Shown here: piece by piece, positions 33,260 through 35,156 of the stretch
How the letters are laid out: every line of letters starts with the position of its first letter
Numbering within the stretch: the stretch's first letter is position 1
Assembly: GCF_004010195.1 (NCBI RefSeq)
Contig: NW_025215380.1
Coordinates: 172,428-207,583, forward strand
Source of the DNA: Chiloscyllium plagiosum
Taxonomy: Eukaryota
Reading direction: 5' to 3'
DNA length: 35,156 bases
Notes under the pieces: generated by a model
Seen by the model: the letters and a program-made list of their open reading frames with translations, nothing else
What the model was told of the DNA's origin: nothing
The model's database searches: none
Made by a program: the position numbers and the translations under genes

Positions 33260-35156
33260 GGCAAGCGATTCAGTTGCACCAATCGCTACAAAGTCTCACA
33301 GAAATGAAATCAAATGGATCATATGGCATTAGCGCAGGCAATGGAAAAGACCATAGCAGAAGCAGCCCTGTCGACCCTGCAAAGTGCTGTTCAAATAACA
33401 TCTGGGGGCTAGAACCCAAATAGAGAGAGCTGTCTCACAGACTAGTCAAACAACAGCCTACAATAGCAATTATATCTTACAGACAATGTTTCAGACACTG
33501 CGATCACCATCTCTAGATCTGTCCTGTCCATCAGTTACACAGACCCAGCAAAGGCGGCAGCACAGTGGTGTATCATTGTCCTGGGAGTCCTCAACATTGA
33601 CTCAATCCAATGAAGTCTTATGGTTTCAGCTTGTACAGGGACAAGGAAACCCCTGCTGATTATCAAAAACCATCCTCCCTCAGCCGATGAATCGGTACTT
33701 CTCCATTTGAACAATACTGAGAGGAAGCACTGAGGATAGCAAGATTTGAAGATAGCAAGAGTTGAGGATTTCAGTGTTCACCACCAAGAGTGGTTCTGTA
33801 GCAGTACAACTGATCGAACTGGTCCAGTCCTAAAGCATATTGTTGCCAGACCGGGTCTGCAGTTAGTGAACCAATAAATGGGAAAAACATACTTGGCTTC
33901 ATCCTTCCCAATCTATCAGCTGCAGATGCATCTGCCCATGGCAGTATCAGTAAGAGTGACCACCACATTGTCTCCTCAAGGACTAAGTCCTGCCTTCATG
34001 TTGAGAATAACATCCATCATGTTGTGTCGTCACATCGCCATGCTAAATGGGTCAGACTTCTAACAGATTAAGCAGCTCAAAACTGGACAGACATGAGGCA
34101 TTTTCGACCATCAACAGCAACAGAATTGCTCTCCAGCACAATCTGTCATCTCATGGCCCCAGTCATATCCCCTACTCAAACCTTATCATCAAGCCAGGGG
34201 ATCAACCCTGGTTCAACGGAGAGTGCAGGAGGGCATGCCAGGAGCAGCACCAGGCACACCTGAAGATGAGGTGTCAATCTGGTGAAGCGACCAAACAGAA
34301 TGACTTGCATGTCAAAGAGCAGAAGCAGCAAGTGATAGAAAGAGCTAAGGAATCTCACAACCAACAGATCAAGTCAAAGCAATGCAATTATGCCACATCC
34401 CGTCGTGAATGGTGGACGATTAAACAGCTTACTGGCTCCATAAATATTCCCATCAATGGTGGAAGAGCCCAGTACATCAGTGCAATAACTGAGGCTGAAG
34501 CTTTGCACCACTCTTCAGCCAGAAGTGTTCAGTAGATGATCCATCTCGGTCTCCTCCAGTGATCCCTAGGATTACAGGTACTAGTCTTCAGCCAATTTGA
34601 TTCACTGCACATGATATCAAGACAAGGTTGGAGACACTGGAATACTGTGGTGAATGACATGCCCCCTGACTACCCAAAACCTGTCCACCATCTACAAGGC
34701 GCAAGTCAAAAGTGTGATGGAATACTCCCCACTTGACTGGATGAATGGAACCCCAGCAACATTCAAGAAGCTTGACACCATCCAGGACAAAGCAGCCTGT
34801 TTGCTTGGCATGACATCCACAAGAATCCACTCCTTCCATCACCGATACTCAGTAGCAGCAGTATGTATTATCTACAAGATTCACTGCAAAAATCACCAAA
34901 GATCCACAAGCAACACCTTCCAAACCCACCATCATTTCCATGTAGAAAGACAAGGGCAACAGATATGTGGGAATACCATCTTCAAGTTCCCTGCCAAGCA
35001 ACTCACCATCCTGACTTTACTTCTCTGTTACTGGGTCAAAATCCTGGAATTCTCTCCCTAATGGAATTGTGGGTCAATGCACAGGAGTTGGAATGCAGCA
35101 GCTCAAGAAAGCAGCTCACCATCACATTCTCAAGGGCAACAGGGGCAGGCAATAAC
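33260..35156 (+). mobile_element. Degenerate non-LTR retrotransposon (second CR1/L2-group family), internally deleted ORF2 and 3' end
   Basis: KPGDQPWFNGEC tether motif; LSTIYKAQVKSVMEYSPLDW..LDTIQDKAACL C-terminal motif. Confidence 0.75.

Overview
Eukaryotic, TE-rich vertebrate DNA, most likely from an elasmobranch (inferred from HE1/V-SINE-like SINEs and CR1/HER1-like LINEs), with one 60-N gap. It holds four intronless histone genes spaced 4-10 kb apart, each with an intact histone 3' stem-loop, and all four are non-canonical. (1) H2A (2498-2887,+) has an H2A.X-like core but an SKVYA tail with no SQ motif. (2) H4 (13341-13652,+) carries T54V and A69S. (3) An H1-like gene (23011-22457,-) has lost most of helix 3 of the globular domain. 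(4) A second, arginine-rich H1-like gene (27690-26965,-) has protamine-like Arg clusters and an insertion in the wing. The two H1-like promoters share multimerised CACGCCC elements. No H2B or H3 CDS was found, and an orphan octamer/CCAAT/E2F promoter lies at about 3.84-4.29 kb. Together this looks like a specialised, possibly germline or spermiogenic, variant-histone locus (inference). The rest is nested CR1 and other LINE fragments, SINEs and Penelope-like element (PLE) pieces carrying several sequence types of minimal hammerhead ribozyme, including short TSD-flanked insertions. TE boundaries were placed by eye and are approximate.
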